Below, one piece after another: positions 52,274 through 63,500 of a stretch of DNA of 64,000 bases (its first letter is position 1; every line of letters begins with the position of its first letter). The notes under the pieces were generated by a model. The model had not been told where the DNA came from. It ran no database searches and worked only from the letters and a program-made list of their open reading frames with translations. The stretch lies in assembly GCA_000004985.1 (NCBI GenBank), contig GG738859.1; one strand, written 5' to 3'. A program made the translations under genes and the position numbers. Source of the stretch: Naegleria gruberi (Eukaryota).

Positions 52274-55200
52274 CTAAATATCTGTAATATGAAGTTCGTG
52301 TGATGATTCATCAAAACTTTCAGACATTTCTTCAGAATTACTTGTTTGGCTGTCTAAGGAGATAGCAGAGGAAGTTCGTTTTTTAGTGAGGTAGTCTGAG
52401 TTGTTGTTAGGTGAAAGATTCGAGTTGGACAATACATTGGAGTCCTCTGGAGATTGATCGTTGGTTGTTGATACAGCTGTTGTTGCAGTTGAAGAGACTG
52501 CTGCTGAGGAGGTGGTAGAGCTGTCATCTTCATCATATACAATGACTTTCTTCTTCTTTTTCGTTACTTGTGGTGGAACTTCGAGTTTACAACTAATTTC
52601 ATACAATTCGTCCATAGGTCTATAAATGAGATGGTTCAATCTCTGGTGAAGGAGTGGAATAATTTCAATTTGATAGAAACCTTGTTGATAGGTTTGAATT
52701 TGACGAATGAGTTGACCTAAGAGTCTTCTCTTTGAAAAGTTAATGAGATTTCCTTCCTTTGTAAAGTCAGTATTTCCTTCCTCAATGAATAACAAATCCG
52801 TCAAAAACATGCCGATATATGGTAGAACAGTCTTATCTGCATTGTTGGAGAGTGCCTCTCTCATGGCATGATAACTCTTCTTTGGGTTGGTCAATTCGAG
52901 AAGTTCTTGGAATCTAGTCTTCCACTTTTCAGGAATGAGATCCCACGTCTTTTTAAGTCTGTGAATTGGATTTGAATTCAATCCTGCTACAATATCATAC
53001 ATGGTATTGTAATTTCTAATCTTTTCACATTCTGATGCAATCTTGATGAATTGTTTCAAAACATAGGCTCTTTCTTTGACATCTTCATAGGAAAGTATAT
53101 CTGTTGCTACCCACATTCCGATTTCATTGGATCTATTAATCATGGCATAAATATTTGGTGCCTTCTTACTTCTGGTTTCTTTCATCCAGTTTTGATTCAA
53201 AAATTCTTTTGGACGCAATTTTTCAAAGAGTCTATAACTGATCAATGTCAATTGGAGACATAATCTATTATTTCCCAAATGAACTAGTGGTATATTCTTC
53301 AAATTTTCCTCACTATTTCTATTGAGAAGTTTGAATTTCTTGAGTGAGAGAAGTGTTCCACTTCCCTTACTTCCACTAGTCTTCAAATTTTCCTGCAGCT
53401 CGTGTCTGTGTTTGACTTCTTCGAGTTGTTGAACCTTGAAAGTTTCCTTTCTCTTTGAAGATCTTTGGAGGAGATTTCTCAAAGTTTTAGATAGAGTTTT
53501 CATTCCAATTTCATACATTTCATCAATGAAACTGTCCAATTTGAATTTCAACTCGACATCCTCACGGAAATCATAAAAGTGATTCTGAATCCAATTGCTC
53601 AACACTTGGCCAACTCTCAAACGCATAGGCGTAAGAATTTTAGATGAAAAGTTTTGGAAGGTAGCTTCCATTTCTTCCATCTTATTATCCCTTTCCAGTG
53701 ATAAACACTCTTGAGGTGGTGGCGTATTGAATCGGAGAATTAACTTTTCCAATAAATCCATTGGTGTTGTAAAAGATCTGTAGGTCAATAAGAAGAGGTA
53801 CATGTACTCATTCTCAAATTCTTCATTAGAAGTCAGTAACACTATCAACTTATCAAGGGTAGCAGCTCTTACAACATTCGACGTAGGATCTCTCACAATA
53901 TTAGATGGTGATTCCTCCTCATTAAATCCAACATACTTATCCAAATTGTCAGATTTAAACAGTGGCTCCAGACATTTCTCCTTAAGACAAATGAAATAAT
54001 TTTCAAATGGTTGTAATGTTGGTGCCACTGAAGAGGATGGTTGGTTCGAGTCATTTGTGGTATCAGTCTTTGAAATTGTATTATTTCTATTCTTTGAAAT
54101 TCTGGCCTTCTTTGAAAGATCGCTAGCTGTTAGAATGAGTGAAGAAGAGGCAGATTCCAAGTCAAAATCCAAAGTTGCCAATATTTGAGCCTCCTGAAAA
54201 TCATACTTCTCATAAATTGGATCCACATCAGGATATATTCCTTTGAAGAAGAATGATTCAACCTCTTGCAAGCCATACAATTGATTATTTGTAATATCAT
54301 CATAGTCTGACAGTAAATTATTTGATATATCAATGACTTTTGAGTCCACATTTGGGCTGTCAATAAATAATTGATTATTTCTCTTTCTTCTATTAGAAAG
54401 GGTTTTAATATCTTCATCAGTTAATTGAGTAATATCACCAGGTGATGAAACAGATGATGTAGCAGATGAGGATCCTAGCCTTTCTCTCAATCCTCTTGGT
54501 GTTCCTATCAATTCCAATCTTGGTGAACTCAACATGACATCTTCTGCTGCTGTTGTTGTTGTTGTTGATGAAGTACCTTCAGAGAGACTTGATTTTCTAA
54601 AAACTGGTCTCTTTACCTCTTCCGTTGGAGTTGTTGATTGATTATCATTTGTTGTTACTGGACTAGAATCAGCTGTTGGTGCTTTACTCGATTTTCTAAT
54701 TACAATCTTCTTTTTAAAACTCTGCACTCCACTATTGACAAATGGTGATGAGGGAGTTGGAGAATTGGAAGAATGTAAACTAATTGATTGATTAGTACTT
54801 GTTGTTGGAGGAGACAAACTCAATTCAGAGCCTGTATTAGGAATGGTTGAAGGAGATAACAATCTTTCTATCTTTTCATTATCATCGTCATCATAATTAT
54901 CACTCAGTGATTCATAATCTTGTTGTTGCTTATGAATGGTCAATCGTAAAGATTTGATCAATTCGTCCTTCTCCAGCAAGTTTCGTTTAGCTCTGACTAA
55001 CTTTTTATGTAAATCAAGAATGGTATTTCTCAGAGTATCCACATCAGATATATCCTCCACGTCAAATAACAGTAAATCATCATCTAATTGATTACAGGAA
55101 TTTGACTCATCATCGGAATAGGGTGATGAATTTCTTCGATTTTTAATTTGAGAGGCATGAAGATAATGTGATGTTTTTCTTGGTGAGAGGGAGAGTGGAG

Positions 55201-55393
55201 AAAGGGATCTACTATTTTGTTGTTGTACTCGATTGTTATTATTGGATGATGATGGTGATGAATAATTCTTGATATTGATAGTTGGAGTGGGATTTGAGAA
55301 GGTATCTTCATCATAGTATTCATCTTCATTGTAGACTATCTTATCAGAAGTGGAAGGAGAAATTATGATGGGAGTGGTGCTTGTAGTGGTCAT
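52274..55393 (-). CDS. Ras guanine-nucleotide exchange factor (RasGEF N-terminal + CDC25-homology catalytic domain)
   Basis: 1039-aa single ORF. There is an S/N-rich N-terminus, then a REM/RasGEF-N domain (VVRAATLDKLIVLLTS...LFLLTYRSFTTPMDLLEKLILRF). The CDC25 domain follows (NIYAMINRSNEIGMWVATDIL..., YNTMYDIVAGLNSNPIHRLKKTW, LPYIGMFLTDLLFIEEGN). Confidence 0.85.
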   Translation of the reverse strand: MTTTSTTPIIISPSTSDKIVYNEDEYYDEDTFSNPTPTINIKNYSSPSSSNNNNRVQQQNSRSLSPLSLSPRKTSHYLHASQIKNRRNSSPYSDDESNSCNQLDDDLLLFDVEDISDVDTLRNTILDLHKKLVRAKRNLLEKDELIKSLRLTIHKQQQDYESLSDNYDDDDNEKIERLLSPSTIPNTGSELSLSPPTTSTNQSISLHSSNSPTPSSPFVNSGVQSFKKKIVIRKSSKAPTADSSPVTTNDNQSTTPTEEVKRPVFRKSSLSEGTSSTTTTTAAEDVMLSSPRLELIGTPRGLRERLGSSSATSSVSSPGDITQLTDEDIKTLSNRRKRNNQLFIDSPNVDSKVIDISNNLLSDYDDITNNQLYGLQEVESFFFKGIYPDVDPIYEKYDFQEAQILATLDFDLESASSSLILTASDLSKKARISKNRNNTISKTDTTNDSNQPSSSVAPTLQPFENYFICLKEKCLEPLFKSDNLDKYVGFNEEESPSNIVRDPTSNVVRAATLDKLIVLLTSNEEFENEYMYLFLLTYRSFTTPMDLLEKLILRFNTPPPQECLSLERDNKMEEMEATFQNFSSKILTPMRLRVGQVLSNWIQNHFYDFREDVELKFKLDSFIDEMYEIGMKTLSKTLRNLLQRSSKRKETFKVQQLEEVKHRHELQENLKTSGSKGSGTLLSLKKFKLLNRNSEENLKNIPLVHLGNNRLCLQLTLISYRLFEKLRPKEFLNQNWMKETRSKKAPNIYAMINRSNEIGMWVATDILSYEDVKERAYVLKQFIKIASECEKIRNYNTMYDIVAGLNSNPIHRLKKTWDLIPEKWKTRFQELLELTNPKKSYHAMREALSNNADKTVLPYIGMFLTDLLFIEEGNTDFTKEGNLINFSKRRLLGQLIRQIQTYQQGFYQIEIIPLLHQRLNHLIYRPMDELYEISCKLEVPPQVTKKKKKVIVYDEDDSSTTSSAAVSSTATTAVSTTNDQSPEDSNVLSNSNLSPNNNSDYLTKKRTSSAISLDSQTSNSEEMSESFDESSHELHITDI

Positions 55394-55704
55394 TTTGTTT
55401 TTTACGTGTTGATTTTGTTGACAGATGTCAAAGCGAGATGTAGGGATGATTATTTCTTGTTTGGAAGTGGTTGTAAATGTATGGCTCTTTGTGTATGATT
55501 GACCTTTTGAGGTTTGCTTGGACGGTCCATTATAGAGAATGATATTCTATATTTCAAGGTGCAAGGAATATTATGAGAAACAATGCTCAAACACTCGGAA
55601 ACCTATCAATTTTTGACAATTCTTTGGCATCTATTCAGAAAAGCCAAATTAAACTGGCTATCTTTAGCTAGGTTGATAAAATTGTAATAAACTGAATTAG
55701 TTTA

Positions 55705-58122
55705 TTACAGTTTGGAATTTCTGAAATTTTTAATCTTAAAGTGTAAATTATTCTTTCCTTGTAATGTCTTGTTCTTTTCTTCTTCCTCTAATGCAATTCG
55801 AATTCTCATTTGTTGAGCCCTGTGTTGCTGTTGTTGTAAAGGAATGAATTGTGGCTCTTCTTTAAGGAAAAATCGTTGAATACCATAACAGAAAAGTTCC
55901 AAATACTCGGTCCAATCAAAGTCGAAATCTAAATTGAAAACACTTGTTTCTCCATATGAATAGTCTCTTTCATTTTGTTCAATCTTGTCATAAGCTTCCA
56001 AGACATGACTATTATCAAAGAACCATTCATTCATTGTAAAATGGTAAAAGTGTTCTCCAAGTGTTTGAGCTCGTTGTTCGACTTTGAGAAGGTCTGCTGC
56101 TAATTTCGAATACCTTGTAGGTATATTTTGTACGGGTGTTGGTGATGATGAATTTGTATCATTGGAAAATATACTCTTAATTAAATTTCCTAAGAGGTCA
56201 TTGTTTCCATTCAACATGGAAACGGAATTTTGATAATGATAAGAAAGTCTATCCAATGCTTTGAACAATTGTGACCATGCAGTATATCTCAAGAAAAATT
56301 GGGTATTATAATTAATTGGATTATCAATCATAAGAATGTTTGGACTCATACTTGGATCAATCTTACGTTTGGATGGACATTTTCTCCAATATTCAGCAAC
56401 TCTGGTAGCTGTTGTTCTCCAAGGAGCTGGATTTGATGTTGAAGTTCCACTGTGATAAATTCGTAAAAGGCCTCTTTCATTACCATCTTTGGAAGTGGTG
56501 ATAGCTCTTTGTCTGGTTTGTCTTTTCACTACATCTACAGGAGACATTAAAAGTGTATTCACTACAAAATCTACAGGTATTTGATCTGAAATAGAGTCGT
56601 ATTTTCCTGGAATTATTCTCAAAACGCAAAGCCCAATAAATAAGTATACAGCTGCACCAGCTGAAACAGCATCAATCCAACCTGGTTGTGGTTCTTTGAG
56701 AGCTGCACCAACAATAGTTGGTCTGACAATGGATATTGGAACTCTTCCATGATATTTTGCAACAAGCTTTTCAGCCAAATGTTTGGTTAATGTGTAAGTG
56801 TTTGGGAATTTGGTATTTTTAAGGACCGTATTGGTGAATTGGGTCATGAAATTTTGGTCTTCCTTATTGTGAACATCTGGTTTGTAAGTATTTGACAATG
56901 GTGACATGTCAAAAAATCTATCAAAAGAAAAGTCAGAGAAAATTCTTTCACAAAATTGTTCAATTTCATCTAATTCTTCCTCAGAACCCTGTGTATATTC
57001 TTGTGTATTGGTATATCCAGTGACAAGTTTTCTAATTCTATGCTTCTTTTGTTTCTCTCCAACAGTTGAGTTCTGTAAATAGAGTGGATAAAATCTCTCG
57101 AAAATTTTTGATCCACTTGGTTGATTAGAATTAACGTAGGCAGTTGAAACATGTGTAAAGCATTGCACATTTGGACAGTGAAGAGCAAAACGTAACATAT
57201 TCAGTGTACCAAATACATTTAAACGTAAAGCATCTGGTAATGGTTCTGTAAATCCAACAGTGGCAGCTACGTGTATCACAATATTGACTTCATTCTTGAT
57301 TTCACAAAGTCTCTTGCAATTTTCCTCTGCCTTTTGTGTATTGTCATAATTTGGAAAGAATAAATCAGTGTCAGTGACATCACCTTCAACACAGATTAAT
57401 TTTGAAAGAGCATACTCTTCGAATTGAGTACGATCTCCCTTAAATCTTTCATCAATGAGTCTATCCATGATTGGTGACCTTATAATCTCGTTTAACATTC
57501 TGTCATATCCCGATATTAATCTTGGTTCAGAGGTTCCTGATGAAGTCTTTCTTTCGACCTTTTTCTTGGATCTGATTAAAAGGTATACCTTGTTTACATT
57601 TGGAAGGCAACGAAGAATCTTTTCGGCAAGTGTTTTTCCAATAAATCCAGTGCAACCTGTACACAATAATGTCTTGCCATCATAAAACTCCTTCATACTA
57701 AACAAATGATTATTATCGAGGGAGGAAGCATTAAAAAGGTCATCATCACCAACATTATTATAATCAGTATTTGGTGGTAATAAATTTGATTTTTCATCCT
57801 CTTGTTTGTTATTCTGTTCGAGAGCAAGGTCATCATTGATTTTTTCAATCGTTATTGTTGTTGAATTATTGTTGTTATTAATATTATTATTTTTTGAATG
57901 TTGTTCTTGTTGTGGCTGTTGTTGTTGATTTGACAGAAGGCTTGATGATGATAGTTGTTGTTGTTGTGGTTGTTTAAAAGGACCAACAATAGGTTGTTGT
58001 TCATTACCAAAGAATGTTCTCTCAATTTTGTCATCAGAATCGACGTGTTGAAAATTTGTCCACGTCGATGAGACAATATTATGTGTCAGGGTCGAATTTG
58101 TTGCTGCCAATGAATGCATCAT
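55705..58122 (-). CDS. fatty acyl-CoA reductase (alcohol-forming; NAD-binding Rossmann + sterile domain) with Gln/Asn-rich N-terminal extension
   Basis: 805 aa. The FAR Rossmann motif is LLCTGCTGFIGKTLAEKILR. It is followed by NVYLLIRSKK, the YTLTKHLAEK active-site region and a C-terminal FAR_C-like region. Confidence 0.85.
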   Translation of the reverse strand: MMHSLAATNSTLTHNIVSSTWTNFQHVDSDDKIERTFFGNEQQPIVGPFKQPQQQQLSSSSLLSNQQQQPQQEQHSKNNNINNNNNSTTITIEKINDDLALEQNNKQEDEKSNLLPPNTDYNNVGDDDLFNASSLDNNHLFSMKEFYDGKTLLCTGCTGFIGKTLAEKILRCLPNVNKVYLLIRSKKKVERKTSSGTSEPRLISGYDRMLNEIIRSPIMDRLIDERFKGDRTQFEEYALSKLICVEGDVTDTDLFFPNYDNTQKAEENCKRLCEIKNEVNIVIHVAATVGFTEPLPDALRLNVFGTLNMLRFALHCPNVQCFTHVSTAYVNSNQPSGSKIFERFYPLYLQNSTVGEKQKKHRIRKLVTGYTNTQEYTQGSEEELDEIEQFCERIFSDFSFDRFFDMSPLSNTYKPDVHNKEDQNFMTQFTNTVLKNTKFPNTYTLTKHLAEKLVAKYHGRVPISIVRPTIVGAALKEPQPGWIDAVSAGAAVYLFIGLCVLRIIPGKYDSISDQIPVDFVVNTLLMSPVDVVKRQTRQRAITTSKDGNERGLLRIYHSGTSTSNPAPWRTTATRVAEYWRKCPSKRKIDPSMSPNILMIDNPINYNTQFFLRYTAWSQLFKALDRLSYHYQNSVSMLNGNNDLLGNLIKSIFSNDTNSSSPTPVQNIPTRYSKLAADLLKVEQRAQTLGEHFYHFTMNEWFFDNSHVLEAYDKIEQNERDYSYGETSVFNLDFDFDWTEYLELFCYGIQRFFLKEEPQFIPLQQQQHRAQQMRIRIALEEEEKNKTLQGKNNLHFKIKNFRNSKL

Positions 58123-59041
58123 ATATTTGAATCTATTGTTTTTTCCTCTTCAATCTTTTCCGGAATAATTATTCAGATCGTGTGAATTTGGAAGGCAATC
58201 CTCTTCTCGCCGCGTTTTTTTCTCTTTTTTTCAACTTTTGCAAGGACGTGTTTCAACAAGTATTGAAAGTACAAGAATTTGTTTCATATCTTGTTAATTC
58301 TATTCTGGATTTTAGTCATCAACAACTCTAACCAGCACCAGCAGGAGTGGAATGAGAATGTAATATTATTGATGAGAATTAAAAATCGATTGCCTCGGAT
58401 TATAAATCGGAACTAAATAATGAACGAATCAGATAATACGTCGACGATTGATTATTTACTATGCAGCTCTCTTTAAAATCTTATTACAAATAATTTACAG
58501 CTATCACAGTTTTGCCTTATTTGAAATTGTTGAAGAGGTCAATGAGGAAATTTCCTCTTGAAAAAAATCCTTAAAACTTCAAGATCTTCCACTTATTTTC
58601 CCGTTTCTGTTCAACATGTTACTTCCTCGTGTTAAGGTTTTTTTTGATTGCCAGAATAATGAAGGAGAAAGCAAGTAATATATCTTCAACTTGTTGATTG
58701 AAACTTTGGAAAGAAGAATTCTAATTCTAGCTTCTCGTTGGCGATTTTCAAACAAAAATTCGACAATATTTGAAATCAAGAGTTCACGCAGAACGTTCTT
58801 TGAGAATGAGTTATACTTGGAAACAATCATACATGAGGAAATTGTGTTGATTCTTTATTGGTAAAATATTTCAATGAGCGTAATCCACCAAATACATGAC
58901 ATTTTCCAATTTCAGTGATTTCTTTTAAAAGAAAAATTAAAAAGAAGAGAATTGATCAACTAATTCAACAGGTAAAGTTAGTTATTTAGAACAAACTGCT
59001 ACTCAATTCAAGAGAGAAAAAACAGCAACACCTTCCTCACT

Positions 59042-60253
59042 ATGAGTTTTGATGTTACTAAACAAACTGGTCAACCAAGAAATTCCGGCGAATGGTCCTT
59101 CTCTAATCATGCATTGAATCCAAAGGGTAACGAATTTTCTTTCCTTCCTCCCATACAAGGTTCAATTGATGAAGATTCTATTGAGTCTTCAAAGAATGGA
59201 AGTGCTGATTCGTTCCCAACGATCAATGAGCAAGCAAAAAGCAACACCAATGATCAAGGCGGAAATGGACACAGATTACCATCTATCAAAATGTTGACAG
59301 AATTACCACTTCAACAAACAACATACACTGCAAATTATGTTCCAATTAACTTGGAAGGGCAACAGTCAACAACTCCTCACATTGGTATTCCACCACCATT
59401 GAATAGTCCTTCATGTTTGAATTTAAGTGCCTGGTCCCTTAATTCCCCATCAATGAATGGAGGCATTGCTTATCCATCCAATAATACTGGACCAGATTCG
59501 TACTCAATCTTGGGTGGAGCAGGCACTTCAAGAGTTCATGGTCCTTCAAATTTGTCACCATATGCTTTCAGGCCAATTCCAACAAGTGCTGGTTTGCCAG
59601 GGTTTCCTTCCATGAATAACTCGCACAATTATGTTAGTAGTTCCACCATCTCAACCTTCAATAGCACCACTGCAAACTCTCAATTCAATTCATTTGTAGA
59701 CCAAGCACAACCTTCCAAGAGAAGATCCATTGATGGTTATGAGGCGTTCGAACCATATTCTAGTAGCTCAAGAACAAAGCGATACTCCTTCTCCTCGTAC
59801 AGTCCTCAGATTCAATCAAAAAAAACAAATTCTGATAAGAGAAGCTCTTCAGAGGAGGATGATACAATTATTCAAAGAAGAAGCAGTTTCAAAGAAATTC
59901 CAATTCAATCCATTGTCCAACACTTACATCTCTCACAACGTGATGCTGCAAAAAGTCTTGGTGTTAGTGTCAGTACTCTAAAGAGAAGATTCTACAGTGT
60001 CAGAGATCAGATTGGAATTGAAAAGTGGCCAACAATTACCACAACCACAATTCAAAGTTCTCAGCAATCCCTTTCTAATGTTTTAATCAAATATCCCATC
60101 ATCAATCCAGTCCCAACCACAACCTCAACAACATTAGAAACCTCCCAAACAAATCCTCCTCTAATATTGCAAAATGTAAAGGAAGAGGATTCGTCAAGTT
60201 CCACAAATGGAATTTCTTCCTCTGCTTCGTGTGCACCTTTGCAAAACCAATAA
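59042..60253 (+). CDS. RWP-RK domain putative transcription factor
   Basis: 403 aa, S/N/P-rich. The C-terminal RWP-RK-like motif is IQSIVQHLHLSQRDAAKSLGVSVSTLKRRFYSVRDQIGIEKWP. Confidence 0.6.
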   Translation: MSFDVTKQTGQPRNSGEWSFSNHALNPKGNEFSFLPPIQGSIDEDSIESSKNGSADSFPTINEQAKSNTNDQGGNGHRLPSIKMLTELPLQQTTYTANYVPINLEGQQSTTPHIGIPPPLNSPSCLNLSAWSLNSPSMNGGIAYPSNNTGPDSYSILGGAGTSRVHGPSNLSPYAFRPIPTSAGLPGFPSMNNSHNYVSSSTISTFNSTTANSQFNSFVDQAQPSKRRSIDGYEAFEPYSSSSRTKRYSFSSYSPQIQSKKTNSDKRSSSEEDDTIIQRRSSFKEIPIQSIVQHLHLSQRDAAKSLGVSVSTLKRRFYSVRDQIGIEKWPTITTTTIQSSQQSLSNVLIKYPIINPVPTTTSTTLETSQTNPPLILQNVKEEDSSSSTNGISSSASCAPLQNQ

Positions 60254-60517
60254 CCATTGAGAATTTATCAACCTCACTAAACAATGAATGTGATATTCCA
60301 TTGTATGGAAATGTCTTGTAAATAAAGAGTGTAAATATTTTGAATAACTTCATTTGAACTGTTAACAAGATGAACATTTTCAAAAACCTGAACATTCTCT
60401 ATATTCATAACATACATCTAATCCTGAATTCCTTATTGACACCTGACAACTTCACAAACAAAGGATTCTTAATTACTTTAACCGTATCCTAAGGGTAAAT
60501 TTCTACTGTTTTAAAAA

Positions 60518-63500
60518 ATGTCAGAAAATGAAGTGGACCTCGATTTCTTCAGGCGTAACTTTCAGCAGTATCAACAACCACAACAACAGCAACAAAAACA
60601 CATTGAAAGCAACACATCAAACATAATCATTACGCTCGGAGTACAAAATAATTCTCATCACGGTGATGGCAATTCAAACAGTTCCAATGAAGATGATGAA
60701 ATTATTTATGGAATTTCGAGTTGCCAGGCCTTCAAGTGGAATTTCATTATGGAGGTGATCTTTTGGTTCGTTTGTATTGCTTCTCTCGGATCACTGCTCT
60801 TATTGTGTAAATGGATTAATTGGTTAAAGTTGTATTTGACTTGTGTGAAGATTTCCACCACTTTTAAACAAGCTGATTTTTTATTGATAGAGTCGAATTG
60901 TAGTATTCATGGAATGGATGGATCATTTGGTAGATATACAGTGGTGCCTATTTGTCGTGATTTGGAACGAGAATTTAATGTGAAATTTATCAAATTTAGA
61001 ACTGTTTCTTTTGTGTATTGTGAAGAGAGGGATGGTTTCATTCCGTGTCGATTTAATATTGGAAATAATTTTAATCAACTTCATGAAAAGATTGATCAAT
61101 TTGTGGAGAATCAAAATCTCTCTAAATTTCACAAGTTACTGAATCAGATTTTTGGAAAGAATATTATTGAAACACCTGTGAAACCAATCTTCTCCTTGTT
61201 GGTTGATGAAGTTTTTCACCCATTCTACATTTTTCAAATTGTCAGTGTTGTGATTTGGTGCATGATTGATTATTGGATTTATGCTCTTGCTATTGCATTT
61301 ATTAGCACATTGAGTTGTTTGATTAATCTTCATTCTACAAGACAATCAATGGTAAAACTGAGAGAAATGACTGGAAATCAAGTTATTCAATTGAATAGAG
61401 TCAAATTATCTCAGGATCAAGCCATCTCTCAACCCAATTCAATTCACAAGTATCACATTGATAAGAGGGAACGTGTCTCGTCGAGTGAGTTGATTCCTGG
61501 TGACTTTGTAGAGATTGAAAATGGAATGAATGTTCCTTGTGATATGATTCTAATGAGCGGGCAGGTCATTGTCAATGAATCCATCATGACTGGTGAAAGT
61601 ACACCTGTTAAAAAGATGCACATTCCAAACAAGTCGAATCATTTTCATCAACATGGCGAGATTTCTAATATTTTCGAGGGACATACACTCTATGCAGGCA
61701 CTAATGTCATCATGATTAAGCATCAAGTGATTGGTATGGTTATTAATACAGGATTTCAAACTATGAAAGGAAAATTAATTATTCCAATCATTTATTCCAA
61801 GCCAAGCAATTTCCAATTATATAGAGATTCATTCAAGTATATGATTATCATGTTTTTCTTTGGATGTGCAGGGGTTGCTGGAACTTTTATCAATTTGTAC
61901 AATATTCACGTGCCAATTCCTAGAATATTTTTGGAATGTTTCGTCTTGATGACTATTGTGATTCCTCCAGCTCTTCCAATTGCAATTGCCACCACTTTGT
62001 CCTTTGCAATTTATAGATTGAGATTTTGGAATATATTTTGCATTGCGCCTCAAAGAATCAGCTTGTCAGGTATTGTGAAAAAGTTAGTTTTTGACAAGAC
62101 CAATACCTTGACTTGTGACCACCTTGAACTACATCATGTGATACAGAGTAATCATTTGGATACCAACTCAGGTGAACTGTTAGAAAATCCAAACTCACCT
62201 GTTGGTGATATAATGCATTGGGCAATGTCAACTTGCCATGAATTGACACTACTTCAAAATGGTCAATTAGTTGGTGATCCACTCGATATCAAAATATTTG
62301 AAGCCACCCCTTTTAAATTCATTGAAGATCACCCAACAAGTGGACATTCACAAGTTCAATCTGAAAATGAGGAAACTAGTTTTGAAATTCTCAAAATTTT
62401 CCCTTTCAAATCTTCACTCCAAAGAATGTCAGTCATTGTGAAACATCAAAGTGGAAAGATTTTCTGTTTTACAAAAGGATCAGGTGAAATGATCAAACAG
62501 CTATGCGATAATTCACAAAGTGTTCCATTCGATTTCTATCAAACTCTGTATAGTAATTCACATAAGGGATATAGAGTAATTGGGGTTGCTTTTAGAGAAT
62601 TATTTATTGATGATTTGGAAATGATTCAAACAATAGATAGAAATCAAGTGGAATGTGATTTAAAATTTATTGGCTTAATATGTTTGGAAAATAAGCTCAA
62701 AAAGGAAACTCCACAAGTCATCAAAAAGTTATTGAAATGCAATCTAGATGTTGTGATAGCCTCTGGAGATAATCCATTCACAGTGACCAGTGTTGCAAGA
62801 CAAATTGGATTAATGACGAGTGAAAAAATTTACCTTGGCGAATTGGATTTGTCAAGAACGAATGAAAATTGGATGAATAGTTTAGTTTGGAGAAATGTAG
62901 ATTCTGAAAAGGACATAATTACCACTGAACAATTAATTGAGGAATCACATTTATATGCCAATTTGGTAGAATTCGCCCTGACTGGACCAGTTTTCAATTA
63001 TATTTTACAACATGCCTCTGATTGCACAATCTCTATCAATAACCAATTGGAATTATCTTTCATCAAGTTTATTCTAATGAATTGTAAAATCTATAGTCGA
63101 TTCTCTCCCCAGGACAAGATGAAATTAGTGGAAATTTTACAAAACGATTTGAAATACTCGTGTCTCATGTGTGGAGATGGTCAAAATGATATCAAAGCTC
63201 TCAAACTAGCTCATGTTGGTGTTTCTCTGAGCAGTGATCAAGAGGCATCTCTTGCTGCACCGTTCACAAGTCTGAAACCTTCCATTGAGTGCGTTCTTTC
63301 AGTACTCAGAGAGGGAAGATGTGCTCTGTGGTCCTCATTCCAAGTATTCAAGTACATGTCTCTCTACTGTCTGATTCAATTCTATACTGTGGTGATTCTA
63401 TTCCAGAAGAATACGAAAATGTCTGATTTTCAATATCTGTTTGTGGACTTGTTTATTGCATTGCCAACTCTCTTGCTCATGACTAGGACCAAGTCAACGA

